The translations under genes and the position numbers were made by a program. The notes below the pieces were generated by a model. The model was not told the origin of the DNA. It saw nothing but the letters and a program-made list of their open reading frames with translations, and ran no database searches. From a virus (lineage: Duplodnaviria > Caudoviricetes), in the IMG/VR virus record IMGVR_UViG_3300048854_000072, positions 1 to 32,056 of that record: a DNA stretch of 32,056 nucleotides. One strand, given 5' to 3'. Positions 17,249-25,218 of the stretch are shown here, piece after piece. Positions within the stretch are counted from its first letter, which is position 1. Each line of letters starts with the position of its first letter.

Positions 17249-18232
17249 CTATCGCCTCAGCCAGTTGTCCCGGCGCGGAATCCATGAGTTCTGCGTCGCG
17301 ACCGCGTCGGTCGCTGGTGCCGCCGGTTCGCTTGCGGTATCGACCGTCGCTACCGCCAGCTCCGCGTTGGGATCGATTTCGAGCACAGCAGTGTCCGCGT
17401 CAGCCTTTTCCGCCGCGCCAGCAGGTTCCGAAGCCGGCGCCGGCACGTCGTGAGCCGGAACGGACGCGAACAGATCCTGCACACGCGGCTCGATCACCGC
17501 TTCGAGCGCCGCCCAATCGGCGTCCTGATAGGCATTCAGGCGCAATCGTGGGTGATACGCGCACGCGAAGTTGTAGACTTTCAGGTCGAGCGCCTCGTTG
17601 CGCTTTCTGAGCTTGTCCCAGCGGTCTTTCGACGGGTTGTATGCCTCTGCCGTGAGCTGCTCGAAGTACTCGTCGTCGAGATCGACGGAGAAGTGCATGC
17701 GCCGGTCGACGACCTCGCGCTCCTCGTCGCCGAGCAGCGCACCGAAGATGCGGCTCTTCGCGGTGTCGGTGCCGACCGGCCAGAGCTTGACGCCGTTCGG
17801 ATAGGTCTTGCCCTTGACCGTCACATCCTGATCGGTCGGGCGACCGATGATCGGCTTGTGCTTCTCCTTCGCACCCTTGATGGCGAACACGCCACGGTGG
17901 CGCCGCAGCCGGCAATAGTCATACACGTCCTGCGTGCGACTGCCGCCGGAGTCGACAGCACACAGTTCGATGCGCATCGATACACCAAACTGGTTGACGA
18001 TCGGCGTGTCGAGATACCTGTCGAGCTGATTCCACACGTCCGGCAACGCCGGGTCACCCCGAAAGACAACGTGGTCGACTGTCCAGTTGCGCAGGCCACG
18101 CCCCCAGCCGGAGATCTCGACTTCAAGGCGGTCGTTCTGCGTGTCGACCGCACAGGTCAGCAGCAGACAGCCGGGCGGGATCGTGCGCAGTTTGTACGGC
18201 TCCGCACGCCGCTTGATCGTCTCCCACTTCAT
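17249..18232 (-). CDS. terL: Terminase large subunit (gpA family), C-terminal nuclease part
   Basis: LTCAVDTQNDRLE, CAVDSGG, FAIKG, VGTDTAK, QLTAE and RNEALD motifs; in frame with the N-terminal part but separated by one TAG; has its own AGGAG-7nt-ATG. Confidence 0.85.
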   Translation of the reverse strand: MKWETIKRRAEPYKLRTIPPGCLLLTCAVDTQNDRLEVEISGWGRGLRNWTVDHVVFRGDPALPDVWNQLDRYLDTPIVNQFGVSMRIELCAVDSGGSRTQDVYDYCRLRRHRGVFAIKGAKEKHKPIIGRPTDQDVTVKGKTYPNGVKLWPVGTDTAKSRIFGALLGDEEREVVDRRMHFSVDLDDEYFEQLTAEAYNPSKDRWDKLRKRNEALDLKVYNFACAYHPRLRLNAYQDADWAALEAVIEPRVQDLFASVPAHDVPAPASEPAGAAEKADADTAVLEIDPNAELAVATVDTASEPAAPATDAVATQNSWIPRRDNWLRR

Positions 18233-19336
18233 CTACGCGCTCCTGTCTTCCCAACACTCGGCGAGCGCGTTGTTGACGAACGCAATCATTTTTTCGGTGT
18301 CGGTCTGAGCGGCCTCCCAGTCGTCCATGAGTTCGGACCACGGACGCCATCCGAGCGGCGCATACAACGCGCTGAGGTGGAAGCTGGCGGTCTTGCCATC
18401 ACCGGGTGCCGTTGGCATCCAGTAGGCACCCTCATAGCCCCGCGTTTTCCAGACGCTTTCGGGGTTTCCAGCACCGCAGCCGGTCTGGCAGTAATACAGC
18501 ACGACACCCGGATCGTCGGGTGAGCGGCGCATGCCCTTGCGCCAGTCCAAGAACTGCGGCGAGCCGCAGTCCGGACAGTGGATGAAATAGCGCCGCTGAT
18601 CTCCAGTCTCGAACAGCTTCTCGATCTGCGACCGCCGCTTGATCGTCGGCGTGCTGTTCGCGAAAATCTTCGCGCGGCGGCCAAAGTTGCTTGTGCGGTT
18701 TCTCGCGAGCTCGATCGGGTTGCCCTGGCCATCGACGTTGAGCACGTACTCGTCGATTTCCTCGAACAGCACATAGCGCACCGTTGTCGATTTGAGACGC
18801 CCTGCTCTCGTCGCACTGACGAGGTTCATCAGTCCGCCAGGGAATTTCTTGCGCAGCTTGGTGTTTTCGCTGCCCTTCTTCATCGCGTCCCGCACACGGC
18901 GACGCAGATCCGGTGTCGACGAGCGCATCGGCTCGAAGCGGTCCATTTCCCACTTCTCGGCGTCGTCGTAGGTCGCAAACACTGCGAGGATGTTGCCGGC
19001 CGCCGTCGTGATGCAGCGACCAATGAAGTTTTCGCCCAGCGCCGAGCCGCCGAGCTGGTGCCCCTTCATGAGGCCGACCGTGATCACGCGGCTGTTATCG
19101 AACGGCCGGTCATCGTCGTGCGCGTAGCGCGTTACGGCGCTTGCCTGACCCGAGAGCGCATCCATGATGCCGACGAGGTACGGCGTGCGCTCATTTCGCC
19201 ATTTACCGGGCTCAGGGCTACTTTCCGGCAGGACGCGATGCTTCTCCGACCACTCGGCGATGCCGATCCGTCTGTCAGGCCGTATAGCCTCCGTGATCGT
19301 CTTCAGAAATGCTTCGGTCGCTCCCATCGGCGTCAT
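18233..19336 (-). CDS. terL: Terminase large subunit (gpA family), N-terminal ATPase part; ends at an in-frame TAG (split gene or nonsense pseudogene)
   Basis: PGKW...RTPY, Walker A-like MKGHQLGGS, Walker B-like YVLFEEID, STPT, GDQRRY..CPDCG motifs. Confidence 0.88.
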   Translation of the reverse strand: MTPMGATEAFLKTITEAIRPDRRIGIAEWSEKHRVLPESSPEPGKWRNERTPYLVGIMDALSGQASAVTRYAHDDDRPFDNSRVITVGLMKGHQLGGSALGENFIGRCITTAAGNILAVFATYDDAEKWEMDRFEPMRSSTPDLRRRVRDAMKKGSENTKLRKKFPGGLMNLVSATRAGRLKSTTVRYVLFEEIDEYVLNVDGQGNPIELARNRTSNFGRRAKIFANSTPTIKRRSQIEKLFETGDQRRYFIHCPDCGSPQFLDWRKGMRRSPDDPGVVLYYCQTGCGAGNPESVWKTRGYEGAYWMPTAPGDGKTASFHLSALYAPLGWRPWSELMDDWEAAQTDTEKMIAFVNNALAECWEDRSA

Positions 19337-19922
19337 CCGTATCGTTGTCGCTCAGGAGCGCCGTCGCGTCCACAGACGCAAGCGCGCGAACGAGTTCCGC
19401 CTCGAGCATCGATTCGACCCTGACCGGATCAGTTTCTGCCGCGAGTGCGTCTTTCAGACGAACAGGAATGTTCATCACGTTATCGCGCACTGTGCGAAAC
19501 GCGGTGAAGGCGAGGCGCTGTGCGTCGGCAAGCGGCAGCGTCGTACCACGCTCACGCTCAAGGTCCATGCGCTCTCGCTCGAGCCGCGTCTGTTCTCTCG
19601 CCGCCCGCGCAGCGCGATAGGCGACCATCGAAGGGTCTTCCCTGCTCGCGGTAGCAGGAACGTCGTCGTCTTCCTCATCGTCGTCAGGATTAGCCGGAGG
19701 AGACGGCATTGAAAACGCGGCATTCACGGGCGATGGGCGCGACTGATCGGTGATCGAGCGCCGCGACTCGTCCGTGTTGCGACGCCAGGCCGCAACAGCC
19801 GCATCGGTATCGATCTTGCCGTCTGCATCGACAGCAATGCGCCCGGACTGGATCGCCTTCTGCACCGCGCGCAGCGTCACGCCGATGTGCCGGGCAAATG
19901 CCCTTTGCCCAAGCTTGGCCAT
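19275..19922 (-). CDS. terS: Terminase small subunit (Nu1-like)
   Basis: N-terminal winged HTH (FARHIGVTLRAVQKAIQSGRI), coiled coil, R...MNIP.R; overlaps the large subunit start; GGAGG RBS. Confidence 0.9.
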   Translation of the reverse strand: MAKLGQRAFARHIGVTLRAVQKAIQSGRIAVDADGKIDTDAAVAAWRRNTDESRRSITDQSRPSPVNAAFSMPSPPANPDDDEEDDDVPATASREDPSMVAYRAARAAREQTRLERERMDLERERGTTLPLADAQRLAFTAFRTVRDNVMNIPVRLKDALAAETDPVRVESMLEAELVRALASVDATALLSDNDTDDADGSDRSISEDDHGGYTA

Positions 19923-19954
19923 GCGGCCTCCAGAAACGGAAAAGGGGCAGTCGG

Positions 19955-20005
19955 TGACTACCCGACTACCCCCAGAATGACTACCTGACTACCAGAGTGA
20001 CTACC
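19955..20005. repeat. Five GACTACC direct repeats upstream of terS (cosB-like TerS binding sites)
   Basis: Copies start at 19956, 19964, 19979, 19987 and 19999. Confidence 0.75.
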
Positions 20006-20033
20006 CTGAAAAGTTGCTTTGACGACGCGTGTG

Positions 20034-20078
20034 ATGGGGCTCGAATTACCCGCATACCCGCGCCTTCAGGAAGGACCC
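20034..20078 (-). other. Putative cos site: cosQ-like GGGTCCT plus cosN-like 22-bp element
   Basis: Minus strand GGGTCCT (same as lambda cosQ), 16 nt, then ATGCG-GGTAATTCGAGC-CCCAT with near-symmetric 5-bp flanks around a 12-nt core; located just upstream of terS. Confidence 0.7.
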
Positions 20079-20115
20079 ATGCCTGCGCCGACCTGGTCGG
20101 CGCGGCGCATGTGCG

Positions 20116-20310
20116 TCACGCGTGACCGTGCACGAGTGCCTGCTCACTCCACCAGTTCTCAACCTGCCGACCGTCGGCGGCCTTGTAACGAACGAGGTAC
20201 TGGGTCGGGCTCTCAGCGTAGACCGCCTTGCCGATCACCGTGCCCTGTTCGTCGGACATTGCCAAACGAACAAGCTCACTCAACTCGAACTCTTTCGACT
20301 CCATCGCCAT
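20116..20310 (-). CDS. Small hypothetical phage protein
   Basis: 64 aa, GGAG RBS; YLVRYKAADGRQVENWW.E..L motif. Confidence 0.7.
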   Translation of the reverse strand: MAMESKEFELSELVRLAMSDEQGTVIGKAVYAESPTQYLVRYKAADGRQVENWWSEQALVHGHA

Positions 20311-20362
20311 GCTCCATGAAATGGCGGCCACGACATCGCGACCGCACGGGTTGAAAACTGAA

Positions 20363-21118
20363 CTACCACCGGGCGGTCGCAAGCGCCATCATTAGAGCCT
20401 GCTGCATCGCAGGTTCGATGGTCGTGTCGACAGTCTGCTCTGCTACATCGTAGAACGGGTAACGCTCTTCGTAATGCGGCGTCGCACTGAACGCGAACAC
20501 TGGACGAATCGCGCTGCCGTGTCCGAACGTGTACCGCGCCCAGATGCCGGGAGCGAAGCGACCGCCAGCGGGCTTGCCGACGAAGTAGCGCACGCCCTTG
20601 ACTGGATCACGCGATTTGCGCTTTTTCGAGCGGGCCGTTTCGTTCTGCGCACTATCGCGCGACGCGCGGATCTGCGAGGCCACCGACGAGTAGACGCCAC
20701 GCGGCACATTGCCGAATGCGTCACGCACGTTAGCGTTTGTCGGCATCGCGTAATCGCCGTTAGGCAACACGCCCGATAGCGCGAGCATCTGCTCGAATCG
20801 GGTGTAGCCACGCGAACCACCGAACACCTGAGGCTGCAGATACGTCGCAGCCGGCGTGCCCTTGTATGCGAACTGGCGGAACCCGACCTGCGCACTCGGT
20901 TGCGCTGAAGTCGCGCGTTGCATAATCGACACCGAGTTCAGCGTCCATGTCGTCGGTCGATCAAATACGTCACGCATCTCGCGTTGCTGCGCGAGGACGA
21001 TGTTCTGCGCCACGATGTTGAGGGCATTCCGCGCGGCATACACGAACTGTTTGCCCGCTTTCGCTTCGAGCGTTTGCAACAGCGGCAACGCTTTGACCTG
21101 CGCGGTCACCTGATCCAT
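20363..21118 (-). CDS. Basic late protein, probable gpZ-like neck/tail completion protein
   Basis: 251 aa, first gene after the late leader; ALN..A and VFDRPT.WTLNS motifs; GGAG RBS; function inferred. Confidence 0.55.
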   Translation of the reverse strand: MDQVTAQVKALPLLQTLEAKAGKQFVYAARNALNIVAQNIVLAQQREMRDVFDRPTTWTLNSVSIMQRATSAQPSAQVGFRQFAYKGTPAATYLQPQVFGGSRGYTRFEQMLALSGVLPNGDYAMPTNANVRDAFGNVPRGVYSSVASQIRASRDSAQNETARSKKRKSRDPVKGVRYFVGKPAGGRFAPGIWARYTFGHGSAIRPVFAFSATPHYEERYPFYDVAEQTVDTTIEPAMQQALMMALATARW

Positions 21119-21134
21119 GCGGGGCTCCAAATGC

Positions 21135-21165
21135 AAAAGCCCCGAGGCTTGCGCGCTCAGGGCTT
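21135..21165 (-). terminator. Late-leader terminator (tR'-like)
   Basis: Minus strand AAGCCCTGAG...CTCGGGGCTTTT hairpin between the late promoter and the first late gene. Confidence 0.75.
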
Positions 21166-21307
21166 CGGATATTTACGTTTCGTAGGGACGAGCGCCCCCA
21201 CATAACCTGACAGCCCGAGTACGTATAGTTATATGACCGAAAGGGTTGCGCCACGAGTGTGCGGGCGCTCACAGATCCAGTGACGCGGTAAAGGATGCAT
21301 GGCGCGG

Positions 21308-21337
21308 AGTATAGACAGGAATTTTGTTGGAACGCAA
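21308..21337 (-). promoter_or_regulatory. Late promoter (pR'-like)
   Basis: TTGCGT-18 nt-TATACT immediately after the Q-like gene. Confidence 0.72.
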
Positions 21338-21342
21338 GAATT

Positions 21343-22143
21343 TCATCGTTGCAACTTTCTGCGCACCGTGTCGCCCACCGAGCCGTCAATCGCATCGAGA
21401 AGCGCGAGCACAACGTCGAAATGCGCCTGCCAGTGCGATCTATACTGCTCAAGCGGTACACCAAGTGCATGCGCGCGTGCGGCGTGATCGATGGCACGGC
21501 GCCCGGCTCCCTGACACGCCCCGCAGATCTGCCGCCCACGCTGGCTCACTGCGACGAAGACGGTCACTCGCCCCGTTCCAAGGCAAGGTTCACAGCGCTC
21601 GACCTCACGAAACAGCATCGGGCCACGACCGTCCGCGCGATGAGCAAACGGGATCCGGTATTCGTCGACGCACACTTTTCCGACACCACCGCACGATGAA
21701 CAGGTGACGCGCTTTTCCTGTCGTGTCTCGCCCCTTCCACTTACACCGTTGCCATTGCAGGTCGGACATAAATCGGCGATCCATTCGATGATGGCGCGAT
21801 TCGCGAAACGTTCAATGATGTCGACCCTCTCGCGCTCGACCTTCTTGCCGTTGAGTGCTGAGGCTTTCTTCGCCGCGCGCGTGACACCGGTAAATTTGGA
21901 CCGGTTGAACCTGCCAGCGTCACGCAACCGCTTCGACAGCAACAAGGTGGCACGACGAATCGCCGTGCGGCCCTCGGAGTCACGCAAGCGAAAGTCCTGC
22001 CCGTACTTCATTCGCCACAGCAGCCGCCCAAGGTCACTCGCGAACGCAAGCGCGCCCAAAGTAACTTGGGGATCCGCAATCGGATCCGAAAGCTGACCGC
22101 GCACATTCATCGCTATCCCGGCTTGCTCTTTCAGGTCGATCAT
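21343..22143 (-). CDS. Late-gene antiterminator, Q-like, with four CxxCxGxG zinc-binding motifs
   Basis: CPTCNGNG, CSSCGGVG, CEPCLGTG, CGACQGAG and a C-terminal RAHALGV HTH; sits between replication genes and the late promoter. Confidence 0.78.
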   Translation of the reverse strand: MIDLKEQAGIAMNVRGQLSDPIADPQVTLGALAFASDLGRLLWRMKYGQDFRLRDSEGRTAIRRATLLLSKRLRDAGRFNRSKFTGVTRAAKKASALNGKKVERERVDIIERFANRAIIEWIADLCPTCNGNGVSGRGETRQEKRVTCSSCGGVGKVCVDEYRIPFAHRADGRGPMLFREVERCEPCLGTGRVTVFVAVSQRGRQICGACQGAGRRAIDHAARAHALGVPLEQYRSHWQAHFDVVLALLDAIDGSVGDTVRRKLQR

Positions 22144-22205
22144 CAAATTCCCCTATCCGTCCTTCGTCCCACTTCGACAACAACAAAGAAAAATGAGTGC
22201 ATGCC

Positions 22206-22249
22206 CGTGCGACGTGCGACATGCGCCCACTCATGTCGCACGTCGCACG
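22206..22249. repeat. Perfect 18-bp inverted repeat with 8-nt loop (candidate origin element)
   Basis: CGTGCGACGTGCGACATG-CGCCCACT-CATGTCGCACGTCGCACG. Confidence 0.85.
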
Positions 22250-22394
22250 CGCTCGGGCACAGGGCTACGGGACCGCAGCGGGACATCGGGACGTGAGACG
22301 GCGCGCCAGTGTGAAAAGCGCAGCGCGCCGCATGTCCTGACCCAGCGCGCCGGGTCGCACACTCCGCTGTCGCGAACGATCACCGCCCGTGCGC

Positions 22395-25106
22395 TCAAAA
22401 CTTTTCATCGTCATCGCCTCGCTGGATCGAACCGCGCGGTGCCGCTGGCGCTTCGGCGTTTTCCGGGGGCGGCTCGTAATACCAGCGTCGTGCACCCGTC
22501 GATTCACGCTTGCGCACCCAGCCGAGTGACTTCATGGCTGAGCCGACGCGGCGTTGCTCGGGCTTCGTCGACTTCGATATTTCGAGCTTGAGGCAATCGA
22601 ACATGATTTCCTCGACCGTCGCGCGCGGGCGGTACTGGATGAATTCGGCGATCAGGGACTCGAACACGTCACCCTCATATCGCGCGGCCTGCTCCGCTTC
22701 GAACAGCGGCACTTCGTCGGGGAGCACCTGCCACGGCGCAGGGACCGTACCGGCCGCTTCCGCACTGGCACTAACCCATTCGCCATACAGCTTGAACGCC
22801 TCTGCCCATATCTGGTCGCGATCGTCCCGCAACGCCGGCAGGTTCACATACGGCGCGACCTTCACCGGCCAGAATCGACGATTGCCCGATTCATCCTTCA
22901 GGTACGTATCGAAATTCACGGTGCCGACGATCACGAACTGTCGCGGGATCTTGACGACACGGCGCGCATACGCCGGCCTGAACGTGTCGACCTGCGTCGT
23001 GATGAACCGCTTCGCTGCCGCAGAGTCCGACTTGTTCAACGCGTCCAGTTCAGCGAGTTCCAGCGCCCAATGGCCGCGCAACAGTTCAACCGAGCGCGGA
23101 TCGCCGAGATTGACGCTCGCCTCGGTCGACCAGCTTTCGCTGAACAGCATCTTGATCGCGCGTGACTTGCCTGCGCCCTGTGGACCTTCAAGGATCAGCA
23201 CGTTATCCATCTTGCAACCGGGCTCCATCACCCGCCCGACTGCTCCGAGCAACCACTTACGGCCGACGAGCCGTGCATACTCAGTGTTCTCGACACCGAG
23301 ATAGTCGATCAACCACGTGTCGACGCGCTCCACGCCATCGTGTTCAAGGGCTCGCAGATAGTCGAGAACCACGTGACAGGAATTCCGGCGGGCAACCACC
23401 TCGACGGCTTCGCAGACCACATCGCGGCGCGGCGTGATCGACCACGTACGGCCGAACCAGTCGGTTAGCAGCATATCGTCGTGCTCGGTCCATTCGCCGT
23501 CGGCACCACCCTGAAACGGTGGCGCGGTGCGCTTGAGGATGCGCTGTGAGAACTGCTCGAACGTCAGGACACCATCCCATCGTGGACTATTGCTCAGGAT
23601 GTCGATCACGTTATCGAGATCGGGTTTCAGCGCACCGCGATCGGTACGTCGCAGGCGTTGCTCCCACGTGTACGCGCCGTTCTCACCTTCGGTGCCGTCC
23701 CATTCCGGCGTTCCAGCGGCAGCGGACGACGGTGCCGGGAGAACCTTGCGCCTGCCGTTCGATTCGGGAGAAACGATGCCGTTGCGTTCGAGCACGTCGA
23801 GCAGTTTTGACGCGCGTGTCTGGCCGATACGCATCTCACGTTGCAGCAGCGACAGGGATGCCTTCCCGCGAGCAGTGACAAGACGGAATGCAGCCGCGTA
23901 AAGTGGATCGTCGGCGGCTTCCACCGCCTGAAGATGAGGAAATGGTTTGATGGCATCGGCAGGCAGAGCGAGCGCGGCGAGCAGCGCCGCTTCGAGCTGG
24001 GCCTTCACGACATGCAAGCCTTCCTCGACGTGCAGGTCGTTGAAATCGGTCAGCTTGCGTTCGCCGCGTGCCGCAAATTGCGGGAAGACCACGCTCGCAT
24101 TTCCGACAGCCGCCACGGCTTCGTGCGCACGTTTCAGGCCGGCGTTTTCGAAACGCTTGACGAACGATGCAGCATCGTTGCCGACTCTCAACTGGTGGAA
24201 CTGCACGCCGTTCTCATCGACCAGGCATTCGGCGGTCACATCGAACCACGTGCCTCGCGCCTCGACGCGCACCGCCCCGTCGCCGATCGGGAAATCCGGC
24301 GAACAACCGTAATCGTTGGTCAGGAACTCGCGCAACCGCGACCCGGTCTTCCAGTCGTCGTCCGCACAGAAGAGCAGATGCAGATCCGGATACGCGTCGC
24401 GAAGATAGCGTGCTGCGGCAATGAGGTTGCCCGCATCGAAGCAGACCATGACCGGAATAGCGTCGCCAGTCGCCATGCGCGCGGATCGAGCCGTGGCATA
24501 GCCTTCCGCAAGCATGGCAATACGCGATTCCGGCTCGATGTCGCCGAGCAGGAACAGCGCACCTTTCTTTTCCATGCCCTTGTTGAACCGCTTCGCGCCG
24601 TCAGGCGTAATCTTCTGCAGACCAACCAGCCTGATGCCGTCCCTGTAGTTAAACATCGGCACGAGCACGTCGCCGGCTTCATCGCAGCGCACGCCCTCTG
24701 GCGTGACCTGTTTGCGATCGAGGTAGGACGAAACGACGTCGTCAGATGCCTTTTGCCATTGATCGCGAGCGCGGTTTGCCGCGAGCTTCGCCGCATGCTG
24801 CCGCTTGTGCTCCTCCTCCCGCGCGGTCGCCTCCTGCCGCGCCTTCGTCGCAGCAATGTCTTCAGGTGCAAGTGCCGAACCCTGCCAGACAAACGGCTGC
24901 GCGCCATTGTCATCGCCCGACCAGCAACCGAATGCACCGGTGTAGCCTATGACCTGTCCCGCCTTGACGATCTCGTGCAGCGAGTACCAGTGTTTTCTTT
25001 TCGGGCCGTAACGGTGTGGTTTTCCGTCTGCGACTGGATGCCCGTCGGGTAATGCTGGATGACCTGCCGCGTCGAGCTGAGCGCGTATCTGATCGAGTGT
25101 AGCCAT
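22395..25106 (-). CDS. Replication protein: TOPRIM primase + FtsK-gamma winged helix + VapE-family ATPase/helicase
   Basis: AEGYATA, CFDAGNL, ADDD and TDFNDL primase motifs; LEGPQGAGKS Walker A, ELAELD Walker B, GTVN and D.SGNRRFWPV. Confidence 0.92.
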   Translation of the reverse strand: MATLDQIRAQLDAAGHPALPDGHPVADGKPHRYGPKRKHWYSLHEIVKAGQVIGYTGAFGCWSGDDNGAQPFVWQGSALAPEDIAATKARQEATAREEEHKRQHAAKLAANRARDQWQKASDDVVSSYLDRKQVTPEGVRCDEAGDVLVPMFNYRDGIRLVGLQKITPDGAKRFNKGMEKKGALFLLGDIEPESRIAMLAEGYATARSARMATGDAIPVMVCFDAGNLIAAARYLRDAYPDLHLLFCADDDWKTGSRLREFLTNDYGCSPDFPIGDGAVRVEARGTWFDVTAECLVDENGVQFHQLRVGNDAASFVKRFENAGLKRAHEAVAAVGNASVVFPQFAARGERKLTDFNDLHVEEGLHVVKAQLEAALLAALALPADAIKPFPHLQAVEAADDPLYAAAFRLVTARGKASLSLLQREMRIGQTRASKLLDVLERNGIVSPESNGRRKVLPAPSSAAAGTPEWDGTEGENGAYTWEQRLRRTDRGALKPDLDNVIDILSNSPRWDGVLTFEQFSQRILKRTAPPFQGGADGEWTEHDDMLLTDWFGRTWSITPRRDVVCEAVEVVARRNSCHVVLDYLRALEHDGVERVDTWLIDYLGVENTEYARLVGRKWLLGAVGRVMEPGCKMDNVLILEGPQGAGKSRAIKMLFSESWSTEASVNLGDPRSVELLRGHWALELAELDALNKSDSAAAKRFITTQVDTFRPAYARRVVKIPRQFVIVGTVNFDTYLKDESGNRRFWPVKVAPYVNLPALRDDRDQIWAEAFKLYGEWVSASAEAAGTVPAPWQVLPDEVPLFEAEQAARYEGDVFESLIAEFIQYRPRATVEEIMFDCLKLEISKSTKPEQRRVGSAMKSLGWVRKRESTGARRWYYEPPPENAEAPAAPRGSIQRGDDDEKF

Positions 25107-25218
25107 GTGTTGTGATCCTTGATTTGCCCCCTCCCCCAGAAACTGCGCTCAGGTGTTCGCAGGAGGCGTTTGATTGGGGACCGCGCGGCGAACCACGGCC
25201 GCGCTGCGCGAATAAAAG

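Noticed and set aside
18233-18235. Genome-wide TAG recoding as the explanation for the terminase stop
   Set aside because: TAG ends other genes normally (portal, tailspike, terS, tail terminator) and no other gene is interrupted; no suppressor tRNA was seen in the window
19955-20005. Short repeats here and at 15541-15582 as a possible mini-CRISPR array
   Set aside because: Units are 7-12 bp with no unique spacers of CRISPR length, and there are no cas genes in the window
22395-23700. VapE as a virulence factor
   Set aside because: The family name is historical; the motifs and context indicate a phage replication ATPase/helicase
25129-25136. KOPS-like GGGGAGGG on the minus strand just upstream of the FtsK-gamma-containing gene
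   Set aside because: A single degenerate 8-mer is expected several times by chance in 32 kb of high-GC DNA, and the altered recognition helix may not read KOPS
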